From NCBI GenBank assembly GCA_965219385.1, contig CBDCNM010000002.1:3420305-3484304 (forward strand): 64,000 bases of DNA, read 5' to 3'. The stretch's first letter is position 1. Every line of letters begins with the position of its first letter. Below the pieces are notes generated by a model. The model worked only from the letters and a program-made list of their open reading frames with translations. It ran no database searches and had not been told where the DNA came from. This document shows, one piece after another, positions 18,744 to 28,886 of the stretch. The stretch is from Candidatus Latescibacterota bacterium (GTDB taxonomy: Bacteria > Latescibacterota > UBA2968 > UBA8231). The translations under genes and the position numbers were made by a program.

Positions 18744-19847
18744 CTACCTGTGCCAGTCGTATTCCAGACCCAGAGAACGGTCTTTCAGGGGCAGGTCGAT
18801 GCGCGTGCTATTGCGGGCCGAGGAGAGCTTGATGGCGATTTCGGTCTCGAGCGCCACGGCCACGCTGCGACCGGAATTCTTGGGTTCGTCGAGGCGGCCT
18901 TCCAGGCAGTCAATGAGGTCCGCCAGGCCGTAGACGGCGCCGCCGCCGTGTTGCATCTGGGGCTCGGGCCAGGGCACCTCCACCCGTTTTTCGCCGGCCA
19001 GGGTTTCCAGGTCCTGCCACAGTCGCCAGGGGCCGTAGTGGTCCTGGTGGAGGATTTCGCCTCTGGTGCCGGTTAGGCGCAGGGCCGGGGCTTCCTTTCT
19101 GAAGAATACGGCCTGGCCGTCCCGGGTGACCATCATGCCCTGGCCGCGGTACTCGGCGCTGCCCGATTCGCGTTTGGGCTCGTCACCAACGCCGATGACC
19201 CAGGCCGGCGGGCTGTCGACGAAGTAGGACCAGTTCTGGTGTTGCGACATGTTTTTGTTGGACGCGGCCTCGATGGAGACGACCGGGCCGATGGCCCCGC
19301 TTTGTACCAGTTCCTTGGCCTTGCCAAAGGAGGGATGGCTGGTCGAGATGGCGCCGGTGACCAGGGGCACGCCGGCCTCGGCGCAGGCTTTGACCATGCG
19401 GTCGGCCTCCTTTAGGGTGTAGGCTATGGGTTTCTCGGTTATGATGCCTCTGGCGCCGTTTTCCACCGCGTGGCAGGCCAAGTCGGAGCGGCCCTTGGTG
19501 TTGGTGGAGATGGCCACGATATCGGGCCTTTCCTTTTGCAGCATCTCCACCGCATCGGTGTAGAGCGCGTTGACGCCGTAGCGCTGGCCAAAGGCTTGGA
19601 GGCGCTTGGGGTCGCGCTCGGCCGCGGCGACCAGGTCCACCTCGGAACGGTCGTGGAGGGCTGCGGAATAGCTGGTCGGCCTTTCTCGGGGTAGATGGTG
19701 TTCGTGGTAGTGGAATTTCCGGTGGATATTCAGTTCGGGGGTGGGGCGGTCGATATCGTCGACGTGCCACACGCCCATGCGCTGGGCCAGGTCGTAGAGC
19801 AAACCCATCCAGCCCAGTCCTATTACCGCAGCGCGATACTTTGCCAT
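18744..19847 (-). CDS. Gfo/Idh/MocA oxidoreductase
   Basis: IGLGWMG Rossmann motif, EKPIA, GAIG. Confidence 0.88.
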   Translation of the reverse strand: MAKYRAAVIGLGWMGLLYDLAQRMGVWHVDDIDRPTPELNIHRKFHYHEHHLPRERPTSYSAALHDRSEVDLVAAAERDPKRLQAFGQRYGVNALYTDAVEMLQKERPDIVAISTNTKGRSDLACHAVENGARGIITEKPIAYTLKEADRMVKACAEAGVPLVTGAISTSHPSFGKAKELVQSGAIGPVVSIEAASNKNMSQHQNWSYFVDSPPAWVIGVGDEPKRESGSAEYRGQGMMVTRDGQAVFFRKEAPALRLTGTRGEILHQDHYGPWRLWQDLETLAGEKRVEVPWPEPQMQHGGGAVYGLADLIDCLEGRLDEPKNSGRSVAVALETEIAIKLSSARNSTRIDLPLKDRSLGLEYDWHR

Positions 19848-19885
19848 TTTATCTCCTTACGATGGGCCGGAGCATGGAAGCCTCA

Positions 19886-21118
19886 CTAGTACCCACGCTC
19901 CTGAAAGAAAGGGGCCACCACGTTGATGTAATCGACGCCGAGTTGCCGGTACACCCCCATCCAGAAGTAGGGCACGGCGCCGCGGCGGCACATCTCGTCA
20001 ATGAACTGGGCAGTGAGCACGTACATGATAATGAGGTTGAGGATACCCGAGGCCGGGCACACCTTGTCGCGGCGGCCCGGGATGTCGATGATGCCGTCCG
20101 GTTCGGCGCCGCGGTTGTCAAAGTAGATATCGCAGCGCTGCCGCAGAGCGTCGCTGTCGGAGGGACCGATGCCGATGATGCCGTTGCCGTTGGAGCGGGC
20201 CTGCTCGGCCCATTCCAGCTCCTGCGGATCGTCGGCGCTGACCGCGGCGATCAGGAAGGTGTCCTTATCGCCGCCCGCGGCTGCCGCCCGCGGCTCGAAG
20301 GCATTGCTCAGCATCACCCCCTGGGCCACCGAGGTGGCCTCGCTCTGGACGCCCTCGTTGCGGCTGCGCACAAAATAACGCCCGCCGGCGATGATGCGTT
20401 TGGCAATGGTCGCGGCCAGTTCGTTTACGCTTTCGAGGTCCTGGGCGTGGAAATCCGCCAGGCGCTCCAGGAGGATATCCAGGTACTGGCGCCCGACGCC
20501 GCCAGCGGGGGGGATGCCCGTGTCCAGGGCATAGGCCACTTCGGCGGAGATCATCCAGTGGATGGAACAGGTGCCGATCGCCGAGCCCGGGCAGATGGCC
20601 ATTTCCGGTATTTCGGGGGCGTGCACCAGGCCCTGTTCCCAGGGGATGTGGGATTCCAGTACCTGCGAGGCCACATCTTCGGGCATCCAGTCGTTCTCGT
20701 TGGGATGGACCATGCCCGGAGGGGCGTGGCGGTTGTTGGTGTAGCAGGTGGTGACGACCACGACGTAGGCCCCGGCCTCGCGCGCCTGGCGCACGTCGGC
20801 GGAAACGCTGTTGGTGAGCAGGACATCGCCCTTTCCCATGGCGGCGAATTGTTCCGCGGTGAAGGCGCCCGCGGAGAATTCGAAGAGCGCCGGGTTGCCC
20901 TCGCGTTCGTCGTCCAGTTCCATTCGGGGCATGTGGCCGGCAACCGCATTGGTGTAGACCTTGTGTCCGGTGCTCAGAGCTTCGGCGCAGCGGGCGGCGA
21001 CCGCGGCGATGATGGGGGCGTCGTCGTGGAGGGCGCGCAGTATTTTTACCGCGTTCTGGTAGTACTCTTCGCCGAAGGCGATGGTGTGTCCCCAGGTGTG
21101 TTCCGGATCGTGACTCAT
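19886..21118 (-). CDS. Protein with two SIS (sugar isomerase)-like domains
   Basis: Two GmhA-like halves (A...GHKVY/GGRYF; GDVLLT/DTFLI; AREAGAYVV/ARSNGNGII; CPGS/CPAS). Confidence 0.6.
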   Translation of the reverse strand: MSHDPEHTWGHTIAFGEEYYQNAVKILRALHDDAPIIAAVAARCAEALSTGHKVYTNAVAGHMPRMELDDEREGNPALFEFSAGAFTAEQFAAMGKGDVLLTNSVSADVRQAREAGAYVVVVTTCYTNNRHAPPGMVHPNENDWMPEDVASQVLESHIPWEQGLVHAPEIPEMAICPGSAIGTCSIHWMISAEVAYALDTGIPPAGGVGRQYLDILLERLADFHAQDLESVNELAATIAKRIIAGGRYFVRSRNEGVQSEATSVAQGVMLSNAFEPRAAAAGGDKDTFLIAAVSADDPQELEWAEQARSNGNGIIGIGPSDSDALRQRCDIYFDNRGAEPDGIIDIPGRRDKVCPASGILNLIIMYVLTAQFIDEMCRRGAVPYFWMGVYRQLGVDYINVVAPFFQERGY

Positions 21119-21336
21119 GGGTCTTCCTTTCGCAGTGGGTTATGGGGTACATATGGGTACTGATTTCGAGACCCTCTGTCAATGGGGATGTGCAGGCTGA
21201 GAGCGCCAGGGGTCCCGAGCGGCGTTCCACCTCTATCCTTGTCTTATTTCCCTTAAAATTTATATTGATCTATTGATAGTGGATGATGCCGCGACGCGCA
21301 CAAAGAGTAATTGTACCGTCCAAAACGGAGGGTGTG

Positions 21337-23016
21337 ATGCTGAAACGCCTGTTGATTTTCGCGGCCGGATGCACAGCCTGTCTCCCCGGGATCCTGCAGG
21401 GACAAGAGGCGAGCGATTCTTCGACCTGGGAACAGATCCAGAACGACATCCTGAATAAAAACTGTGTCACCTGCCATCGCACCGGGACTTCCTTTGCCCG
21501 CCAGTCCGGCCTGGCGCTGGAGGAGGGCATGGCCTACGCTCAACTGGTGGAGGCACTACCGCGCAACGCGGCGGCGGCGGCCGATGGGCTGGTGCGGGTG
21601 AGTTCGCGGGGCGGGTTTGCCGGGCTCGTACAGAGCTTTCTGTGGGAAAAGATCAACGCCCCGGAGCAGGATCACTTCTACAATGACCATCCGCACTACG
21701 GCGCTCTCATGCCCCTGGGACAGCCCTTTCTCACCCAGGGCGAACTGGGATTCATTCGCGCCTGGATCCAGGCCGGGGCGCCCCAGACAGGCGCGGTAGC
21801 CGCTGTGGGCCTGCTGGCGGATACAAGCCGCTACAAGCCGCCGGAATTCATCGCCCTGGAGCCGCCGGAAGAGGGTTTTCAGCTGCACCTGGGTCCCTTC
21901 GAGGTGTGGCCCACCGAAGACCGCGAGTTCCTCTATTTTGAACCCATGGCGACCCGCGAGGATCTCTATGTTAGCGGCTACGAGATCTCCATGCGCCCGG
22001 GCAGTCACCACTTCATCGTCTACAACTACGAAAAGGGCGAGACCGTCCCGGAACTGGAGGGATACCGCGATATCCGGGATGCCCAAGGGGTTCACGATCT
22101 CGCCGTGGTGATCCAGGTGGGCATCCTTTTTCCCCAGCGTTTCTTCATCGGCACCCAGACGCCTTATATCAACTACCGGTTTCCTCCCGGGGTGGCCCTG
22201 AGATTGCCGGCCGGGTCCGGTTTTGATCTCAATTCACACTATGTAAAGTCCAGCGAAGTGGAAGTGGGCGAGGTCTACGCCAATATCTACACCGTGGAGC
22301 CCAGCCAGGTCGAGGTGGTGGCCGAGCCCGGGCATTTCAACAATACAGATATCGAGCTGCCGCCCGGAGAGATCACCACCCTGAGCAAGCCCTTTTTTTT
22401 CGACGAGACCCATCACATCATCCAGATGTGGTCCCACGCCCACGAGCACATGCTCGAGTTCAACATAGAAGCGGTGGGCGGAGAGCGCGACGGGGAGTTG
22501 CTCTACTGGACCAATGATTGGGCCCACCCGCCCCTGCTGGAACTGGATCCCCCTCTCACCATGCACGCAGGGGAAGGGTTGAAGCTGATCACGACCTACG
22601 ACAACCAGACGGAGCGGACCATCCGCTTTGGATTGCGCAACTCGGACGAGATGCAGTTCGCGTTTTTCATCTCCTATACCGGCACCCAAGAGCGGCCGGG
22701 CACCGCGGTGCTGGAAGAGCGGGAGAGCGTGGTGCCGCAGCACTTTGCCCTGGCGCCGAACTTTCCCAATCCGTTCAACGGCAGCACCGCGATTCAGTAC
22801 GCCCTGCCGTCGAAAGCTACGGTGGAACTGGCGATCTACAACCTGGCCGGACAGAAGGTGGCGGTCCTGGTGCAGGGGACGCGGGAAGCCGGGGTGTACA
22901 GGGTGCGCTGGGACGGGCGCAGTGCGCGGGGGCAGGCCGTGTCCAGCGGGGTCTACCTGTATCGCTTGCGGGCCGGGGGGCACACAGAGACGCGCCGGCT
23001 CTTACTGCTTCGTTGA
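21337..23016 (+). CDS. Secreted haem c + copper type II (PHM/DBH-like) monooxygenase + FlgD-Ig/T9SS-like tail
   Basis: Signal peptide; CVTCH; SHHF, NSHY, SHAH, DEM; NFPNPFN...IYNLAGQKV...WDGR...SSGVYLYRL tail; RBS GGAGG. Confidence 0.75.
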   Translation: MLKRLLIFAAGCTACLPGILQGQEASDSSTWEQIQNDILNKNCVTCHRTGTSFARQSGLALEEGMAYAQLVEALPRNAAAAADGLVRVSSRGGFAGLVQSFLWEKINAPEQDHFYNDHPHYGALMPLGQPFLTQGELGFIRAWIQAGAPQTGAVAAVGLLADTSRYKPPEFIALEPPEEGFQLHLGPFEVWPTEDREFLYFEPMATREDLYVSGYEISMRPGSHHFIVYNYEKGETVPELEGYRDIRDAQGVHDLAVVIQVGILFPQRFFIGTQTPYINYRFPPGVALRLPAGSGFDLNSHYVKSSEVEVGEVYANIYTVEPSQVEVVAEPGHFNNTDIELPPGEITTLSKPFFFDETHHIIQMWSHAHEHMLEFNIEAVGGERDGELLYWTNDWAHPPLLELDPPLTMHAGEGLKLITTYDNQTERTIRFGLRNSDEMQFAFFISYTGTQERPGTAVLEERESVVPQHFALAPNFPNPFNGSTAIQYALPSKATVELAIYNLAGQKVAVLVQGTREAGVYRVRWDGRSARGQAVSSGVYLYRLRAGGHTETRRLLLLR

Positions 23017-23114
23017 GCGGATGGCGAAGGGGGGTAGCGGGATTCCATTTCCTCCCTGGAGACCCCAGAGTCTTTCAAAGGTAGTGGCGTACTCGTCGGT
23101 CATAGCCGTTCCTT

Positions 23115-24083
23115 TCAGGCGGATTGCAGGGACGCCTCCAGGGCCATGAGGGTCGCGTACATCACCTCTACTGCCGGCATGGAAAGGGAGTAGTGGTCTC
23201 TGGCCTCCTGGAGCATGGGGCCGACGCAGGCGCTGAATTCGGTGGGCTGGCCCTTCAGGATATCCTGGAGGGCCGAGTGCATGGACTGGCTGGAGGCCAG
23301 GGGGGATTGCATCACCACCGCGGCGGCCTCCTCCACGCTTCCCCGGCACCAGGTCTCGACGTGGTAAGGGCCGATATTGGTCAGGGGGACCCCTCGCGCA
23401 GCGGCCAGGGGGCTGAATTCGCGCACCATGCTCACATAGACCGGTACCAGGTGCTGGTTGGACAGGGTGGCGGCGTTGTTGGTATGGGCCAGACAGGCGA
23501 TCAGGCCCAGGGGCACCCAGGCTACCATCTTGGTCCAGGTGGAGGAGAGAACCGCGTCCGAGGCCTCGGTATTGAAACCGGCCTGTCGAAACAGATCCAC
23601 CAGGCTCTCGACGCGCTCGGACGGGGTGCCGTCGAGCTCGCCGAACTGGGTGATGCCGTCGTAGGTCCACCTGGCCACGCCCGGCTCGATCCGCTCGCCC
23701 GCGGCAACGGCCAGGCCGCCGATCACCTTGTCCTGGCCGAAGGTGTCTATCAGAAGGTCGTCCTTGATAACCCCGTTCTGCAGCGAGACCACGGCATCGC
23801 GGACAATTATGTGCTTTGTGCTTTCCAGGGCGGCTGCGGTGTCCGGGGCTTTGATCAGAAAGATCAGGAAATCGCAGTCCTGGATGCTGCTCGGATCGTC
23901 GGTCGCCTCGAGGCGGACGGTGCATTCCTCGAGCCCGCACAGGCGCAGGCCGTTTTGCCGGATGTTTTCGATGTGGGCTCCGGGACGGCCTGCTATGCTT
24001 ACCGCGCACACGGCTTTGTGGGCCATGAGGGCGGCAATGGTGCTGCCGAGGCCGCCGGGGCCGACAATGACAACCTTTTTCAT
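23115..24083 (-). CDS. Ketopantoate reductase (PanE/ApbA) family
   Basis: VGPGGLG, SLQNG, WTK, SALQD..GQPTE. Confidence 0.85.
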   Translation of the reverse strand: MKKVVIVGPGGLGSTIAALMAHKAVCAVSIAGRPGAHIENIRQNGLRLCGLEECTVRLEATDDPSSIQDCDFLIFLIKAPDTAAALESTKHIIVRDAVVSLQNGVIKDDLLIDTFGQDKVIGGLAVAAGERIEPGVARWTYDGITQFGELDGTPSERVESLVDLFRQAGFNTEASDAVLSSTWTKMVAWVPLGLIACLAHTNNAATLSNQHLVPVYVSMVREFSPLAAARGVPLTNIGPYHVETWCRGSVEEAAAVVMQSPLASSQSMHSALQDILKGQPTEFSACVGPMLQEARDHYSLSMPAVEVMYATLMALEASLQSA

Positions 24084-24308
24084 GGTGTGCTCCTCGTCCG
24101 TTTTTCCAGGTATGCGTTGATGCTGTGGCTTTAGAGCTCCTGTTAGGGGCTCTTATTATACGCATATCTTAGAGGCGGTGCCAGCCCCGGTGTGTACGAG
24201 GGGCTGAAGAGGCCATCTGCAATTGATGGCCATCGGGCTCGGGGCACACCAGGAATTTTAAGATAGCTTCTTATTTTTTTGCAAATCAAGAGGGAAATGG
24301 TTGCCGAT

Positions 24309-27239
24309 CTACGATCCCGGCGTTAGGAGCGCTTCCAGCAATACCATTGGCGATGTAGCCTCGATCCCGCTAAAGTGGCGGATCTGGTGGCGGCATGAAA
24401 AGCCCGGGGCCACCACTACGGTGTCCGGGGCGAGCGCGCGCAGGGCCGGAAAGAGGCGGTGCTCCCCGACCGCCTGCGAAACCTTGTAGTGCTCGCGCTC
24501 GTAGCCGAAGGAACCGGCCATGCCGCAGCAGCCGCTGTCGAGAGGGACGATTTTGCAGCCGGGGATCTTTGCGAGGAGTTGCACGGCCGGAGCCATGCCG
24601 ACCAGGGCTTGGTGGTGGCAGTGGCCGTGCAGGGCGATTTGGGAGGGGCCGGCCCGGAGATTGGGGGACTCGCCCATAGCATCACCGGCCCATTCTTCAA
24701 AGGTGCGACAGGCGGCGGCGACTTTTTCGGCGGCTTCTTTTTGGGGCCCGCGCAGGAGGTGGGGGTGGTCGTCGCACACCGCCGAAAAGCAGCCGGGTTC
24801 GCAAAAGAGGACCGGCACGCCGCGCTCGACCAGGGGCGCCAGGGTCCGGGTGGTGGCCGCGGCCTGTTGGGCGGCCCGGTCCAGAAAACCCTTTGAAATC
24901 AGGGGGCGGCCGCAGCACACCCGCGGCGGCACCACGACCCGGGCGCCCAGGCGCTCGGCCAGGCGTACCGCGGCTATGGGGTGTTCGGGTTCGTGGTAGT
25001 TGGTGAAGGTGTCGGCGAAGAGGGCCACCTGTGGACCGTCGTGATTTTCCGGCGGCGGGTTTTGCGCCCACCACTCCAGGAAAGTTCGCCGCGCAAAGGG
25101 CGGGGGCAGGCGGCGGCGGTCCAGACCGAGGGCCTTTTCGCCCAGCCAGCGCAGGGCGGGGTTGCGGGCGAGCCAGTTCGACACCGGGGCGAGGCGGCTG
25201 CCCCATACGGCCATCTTTTCCACCCCGGCCAGGCAGCGGGTGCGCAAAGAAGAGCCGTGTCTTTTGTGGTACTGGTGCAGGAATTCGCCCTTCAGGCGAG
25301 CCATGTCCACCCCGGTGGGACACTCGCTCTTGCAGGCCTTGCACTCCAGGCACAGGTCCAGGACGGGGTAGAGATCGCGGTCCGTGAGTCCTTCGGGTCC
25401 GAGCTGGCCGGAGATGGCCAGGCGCAGGGCATTGGCCCGGCCCCGGGTCGAGTCCGCCTCGTCCCGGGTGGCCATGTACGAGGGGCACATGGTGCCTTTG
25501 AGTCTCTTGCGGCAGGCCCCCACGCCGCTGCACTGCTCGGCGGCACGGGAGAGCCCGCCGAAGTCGGAAAAATCAAAGGTGGTCTCCACCTCCCGGGTCG
25601 AGTAGCCGGTGCCGAAGCGCAGGTTGGCCGTGAGGGGCGGAGCGTGGACGATCTTGCCCGGATTCAGCAGATAACCCGGGTCAAAGGTTTCTTTGACCCG
25701 GCAAAAGGCGTCGTAGAGCACCGGCCCGAACATCTTCTGCTGAAAGGGGGCGCGCACCAGGCCGTCGCCGTGCTCGCCGGAGAGGGCGCCGCCGTACTCC
25801 AGAACCAGATCGGAGATTTCCCCGGCAATGGCCTCGAACTTGTGGACCCCGTCCGCCGTTTTCATATCCACCACCGGGCGGATGTGCAGCAGGCCGACCG
25901 AAGCGTGGGCGTAAAAACCGGCCTGGGTGTCGTATTTGGCCAGGATCTCCAGGAAACGCGCGATGTAGTCGTGCAGGTGCTCTGGGGCCACGGCGGTGTC
26001 TTCGACAAAGGAAATGGATTTGGCATCGCCCCGCTGCGACATGGACAGGCCCAGGGCGGCCTTGCGCAGATCCCAGATCCGCGCCTGGGCAACCGGGTCG
26101 ATGGCCCGGTGGATGTGGTGTCCCAGGCCCCGGGCGCACAGATCGGCCTCCAGGGAGTCGATCTGTACCTCTTGTCCGAAAAACTCCACGATCAGCACGG
26201 CGCCCGGATCGCCGGCGATGAAGTCGCGCAGGGGCTCGAACTCGGTTTTGCCGCGGGTGGTGTCCAGGATGAAGCGGTCCACCAGTTCCACGGCCGCGGG
26301 CTGGTGCTCGAGGATCGCGGGGGTGGCGGCCATGGCCTCCAGCAGCTCGTCGAATTGCACCGAACACACCACCCGGGCCGCGGGCAGGGGGACCAGGCGC
26401 ACCCGGGCTTCCACGATCAAACCCAGGGTACCCTCCGAGCCGACCAGGAGGCGACAGAGATTGAAGGGGTGGTCGGAGGGGACGAACTCGTCCAGGTTAT
26501 AGCCGCCCACCCGCCGCAGGATTCCGGGATAGCGGCGCCGGATCTCGTCCTGGTGCTGGGTGGCCAGGCTCCGCACGGTGCGGTAGCAGGCGCCCTCCAG
26601 GTCGTCCCGGGCGGATCTGGCCTCCAGCTCGCGCGGTTCAAGGGGGCGCAAAAGCACCACGCTGCCATCCGCCAGCACCACCTTCAATTCGAGGATGTAG
26701 TCGAGGGTCTTGCCGTAGACCACCGAACGGGTGCCCGCCGAGTTGTTGGCGATCATCCCCCCAATGGTGGCGCGGCTGGAGGTTGAAAGGTCGAGGGGCA
26801 GGTGCAGGCCCAGGGGGTGCAGGTGGGCGTTGAGGTCGTCCAGGACCATGCCGGGTTCGACCCAGGCGGTTTGTCCGGCCTGATCCACTTCGAGCAGCCG
26901 GTTCATGTACTTCGAGAAATCGAGCTGGACCCCCGGACCAATGGCCTGCCCGGCCTGCGAGGTCCCGCCGCCGCGGGCGGTTATCGAAGCCTGGTACTCA
27001 TTGCACAGATACACCGTGCGCACCACGTCTTCGGAGCAGCGCGGTACCACCACGCCGAGCGGCACGATCTGGTACACACTGGCGTCGGTGGAGTGCAGGG
27101 CGCGAAAAATCCGGTCGAAGCGCACCTCGCCCTGGAGTTGGGCGGCAAGGGCGTCCTGGAGAGCACTCACGCGCTCGGGGACGAGCTGATCGCGCTGTTT
27201 GGGGGAAGGTGTATTGGCAGGATTCAAGGTAGCTGCCAA
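24309..27239 (-). CDS. FAD-linked oxidase / 4Fe-4S / CCG fusion (YdiJ, GlcD-GlcF-like)
   Basis: RGGGTSQAGQ, GSEGTLG, SGEHGDG, CSGVGAC, CLECKACKSEC, CCG motifs. Confidence 0.92.
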   Translation of the reverse strand: MAATLNPANTPSPKQRDQLVPERVSALQDALAAQLQGEVRFDRIFRALHSTDASVYQIVPLGVVVPRCSEDVVRTVYLCNEYQASITARGGGTSQAGQAIGPGVQLDFSKYMNRLLEVDQAGQTAWVEPGMVLDDLNAHLHPLGLHLPLDLSTSSRATIGGMIANNSAGTRSVVYGKTLDYILELKVVLADGSVVLLRPLEPRELEARSARDDLEGACYRTVRSLATQHQDEIRRRYPGILRRVGGYNLDEFVPSDHPFNLCRLLVGSEGTLGLIVEARVRLVPLPAARVVCSVQFDELLEAMAATPAILEHQPAAVELVDRFILDTTRGKTEFEPLRDFIAGDPGAVLIVEFFGQEVQIDSLEADLCARGLGHHIHRAIDPVAQARIWDLRKAALGLSMSQRGDAKSISFVEDTAVAPEHLHDYIARFLEILAKYDTQAGFYAHASVGLLHIRPVVDMKTADGVHKFEAIAGEISDLVLEYGGALSGEHGDGLVRAPFQQKMFGPVLYDAFCRVKETFDPGYLLNPGKIVHAPPLTANLRFGTGYSTREVETTFDFSDFGGLSRAAEQCSGVGACRKRLKGTMCPSYMATRDEADSTRGRANALRLAISGQLGPEGLTDRDLYPVLDLCLECKACKSECPTGVDMARLKGEFLHQYHKRHGSSLRTRCLAGVEKMAVWGSRLAPVSNWLARNPALRWLGEKALGLDRRRLPPPFARRTFLEWWAQNPPPENHDGPQVALFADTFTNYHEPEHPIAAVRLAERLGARVVVPPRVCCGRPLISKGFLDRAAQQAAATTRTLAPLVERGVPVLFCEPGCFSAVCDDHPHLLRGPQKEAAEKVAAACRTFEEWAGDAMGESPNLRAGPSQIALHGHCHHQALVGMAPAVQLLAKIPGCKIVPLDSGCCGMAGSFGYEREHYKVSQAVGEHRLFPALRALAPDTVVVAPGFSCRHQIRHFSGIEATSPMVLLEALLTPGS

Positions 27240-27371
27240 GCAATAGTAAGGGTTTCGAGTGCGGCCTCTACACCCCCGGCGCGGTGCGGGATGCCGGCCA
27301 GTTTCAGTCCCATTTCGACCCCGCAGAGGGTGCCGTTGAGTTCAGGTCCTCGGCAAGTTCATCCAGCAGCT

Positions 27372-28247
27372 TTACAAGCCCACTCCAAATTCGGCTTTGA
27401 AGGCGGCCCAGACCTCCGCTGGAACCTCGGTCGTGGCCGCCTCGTAGGCCTCTTCTACCTTCTGCTTGTTATAGGGACCGGGCATGACGATGCCGTCCAT
27501 GGGAGCCGCCATGCAAAACTGCATGGCCAGGTGCTGGATGTTGACGCCGTGGTCGCGGCACCACTGCCACATGGCGTGCGCCCTGGGCTCGCTGCTAGGG
27601 TCGGGTTCGCGGCCCCCCAGGCGGCCCATGCCGAAGACGCTGGCCAGGATAATGCCCACGCCCCGTTCTCTTGCCAGGGGCAAAGTGGTCTGCGCCACGG
27701 ACTGGTCCAGCAGAGTATAGTCCAGGTAGGTCAGGACGATTTCGATGTGGCCGGTCTCGATGGCCCGGCGGTGGAATTCGTGCTGCCGCACCCCCAGGCC
27801 TACGTGGCCAATCATTCCCTTCTCCTTCATCTTGAGGAGTTCGTCCAGGGCGTTTCCCGGCGCCAGGGGCACCTCGATATCGCCGGGATCGTGGATCAGC
27901 ACCGAATCCAGGTAGTCGGTCTTGAATAGCCGGAGGCTGTTTTCCACGCTCCAGCGGGTGGCTTCCGCCGAGTAGTCCTGCCTCCTTTCGGGGTGGGTGC
28001 CGGTCTTGGTCTCCAGATAGATTTTGTCCCGCCAGCCGCCTTCCAGGGCGAGTCCGACGCGGCGTTCGCTCTGGCCGTAGGCCGGGGAGGTGTCTACGAA
28101 ATCAAATCCCAGTTCGATGGCCCGGCGGACCCCCTCTATGGTGTCGCGGTCCGAGCTTTTGTCACTGCCAAACCACGCACATCCCAGACTGAGAATCCGG
28201 GGGGTCATGCCGGTGTTGCCCAGCGTCCTCCTCTCCAGTTCGGCCAT
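27372..28247 (-). CDS. Aldo/keto reductase
   Basis: RRTLGNTG, VDTSPAYG, ETKTG, IHDP. Confidence 0.9.
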   Translation of the reverse strand: MAELERRTLGNTGMTPRILSLGCAWFGSDKSSDRDTIEGVRRAIELGFDFVDTSPAYGQSERRVGLALEGGWRDKIYLETKTGTHPERRQDYSAEATRWSVENSLRLFKTDYLDSVLIHDPGDIEVPLAPGNALDELLKMKEKGMIGHVGLGVRQHEFHRRAIETGHIEIVLTYLDYTLLDQSVAQTTLPLARERGVGIILASVFGMGRLGGREPDPSSEPRAHAMWQWCRDHGVNIQHLAMQFCMAAPMDGIVMPGPYNKQKVEEAYEAATTEVPAEVWAAFKAEFGVGL

Positions 28248-28463
28248 ACATACCTTCCTCGATTGAATTGTGGGTGCGGTGATTTTCGTTGAATATGTGA
28301 AGTAAGAAAATTATAGGGTATGGTTGCGTTGCGCCAGGTTTTTTCTCAGCGCAACCCCAGCCGGGCATTTTGTTCGGGGCTCTAAGTTCACAACTTACAG
28401 GATCTTGAAATAAAAGAGCCAGAGGGGATGATGGGCCGGGAACCAGGCGCGCTCGTTTTTTTC

Positions 28464-28492
28464 TTGACAACTAAACAAATGTTCACTATATT
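28464..28492 (+). promoter_or_regulatory. sigma70-type promoter with LexA-like box in the spacer
   Basis: TTGACA 28464-28469, 17 bp spacer, TATATT 28487-28492; AAAC-AAAT-GTTC at 28473-28484; near-identical to 427-455. Confidence 0.75.
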
Positions 28493-28569
28493 TTTGTGTA
28501 GTAAATGGGTTGTGCCGCGTCCTCTCCAGGTCCTGCCCCGGGACCTGGAATCTCTCCTGGAGGTGAAAA

Positions 28570-28875
28570 GTGGATAAAAGATCAGCGGAACAGGTGCCGC
28601 CGGCCAGAGCCTATTCCCTGGTCCGGTTGGGCGATGAGCTCAGTACCGTGATCAACCGGGTGCGCCGGGCCTTCGGCTCCATCCCGATGTGGGGGGTTGC
28701 GGCCCGGCCACAGGTCGAGCAGGCCGAACAGGCGCTCGAACAGGTGGCCGGGCAGCTGCTGGGCGGCGAGGTGGATGGAGCCGCGTGGGACCAGGCTTTG
28801 CAGGAGTACGAGTGCACGTGGATGGTGTTGCTCGACGAGTTGCGCGGCGCCGACCAAAGACGCTGCGCCGCATAA
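28570..28875 (+). CDS. Hypothetical 101-aa helical protein, monocistronic
   Basis: RBS GGAGGTG 28559-28565, GTG start, GC-rich codon usage, promoter upstream and hairpin downstream. Confidence 0.75.
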   Translation: MDKRSAEQVPPARAYSLVRLGDELSTVINRVRRAFGSIPMWGVAARPQVEQAEQALEQVAGQLLGGEVDGAAWDQALQEYECTWMVLLDELRGADQRRCAA

Positions 28876-28886
28876 AGCCCGGTTCG

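Noticed and set aside
24175..24252. Hammerhead- or TPP-like structured sequence upstream of the PanE-family gene (CAGCCCC/GGGGCTG and GGCCATC/GATGGCC stems, CTGAAGA)
   Set aside because: The GAAA needed after stem II of a hammerhead is absent (ATCG instead), and the 3' half of a TPP aptamer is absent. The hairpins are real but unassigned; an Rfam/Infernal scan would settle it.
24981..26786. Long antisense ORFs (also 441-1682, 6681-8168, 19841-21163, 43272-45467, 57781-59283)
   Set aside because: Shadow frames opposite well-supported genes in high-GC DNA, with no motifs.
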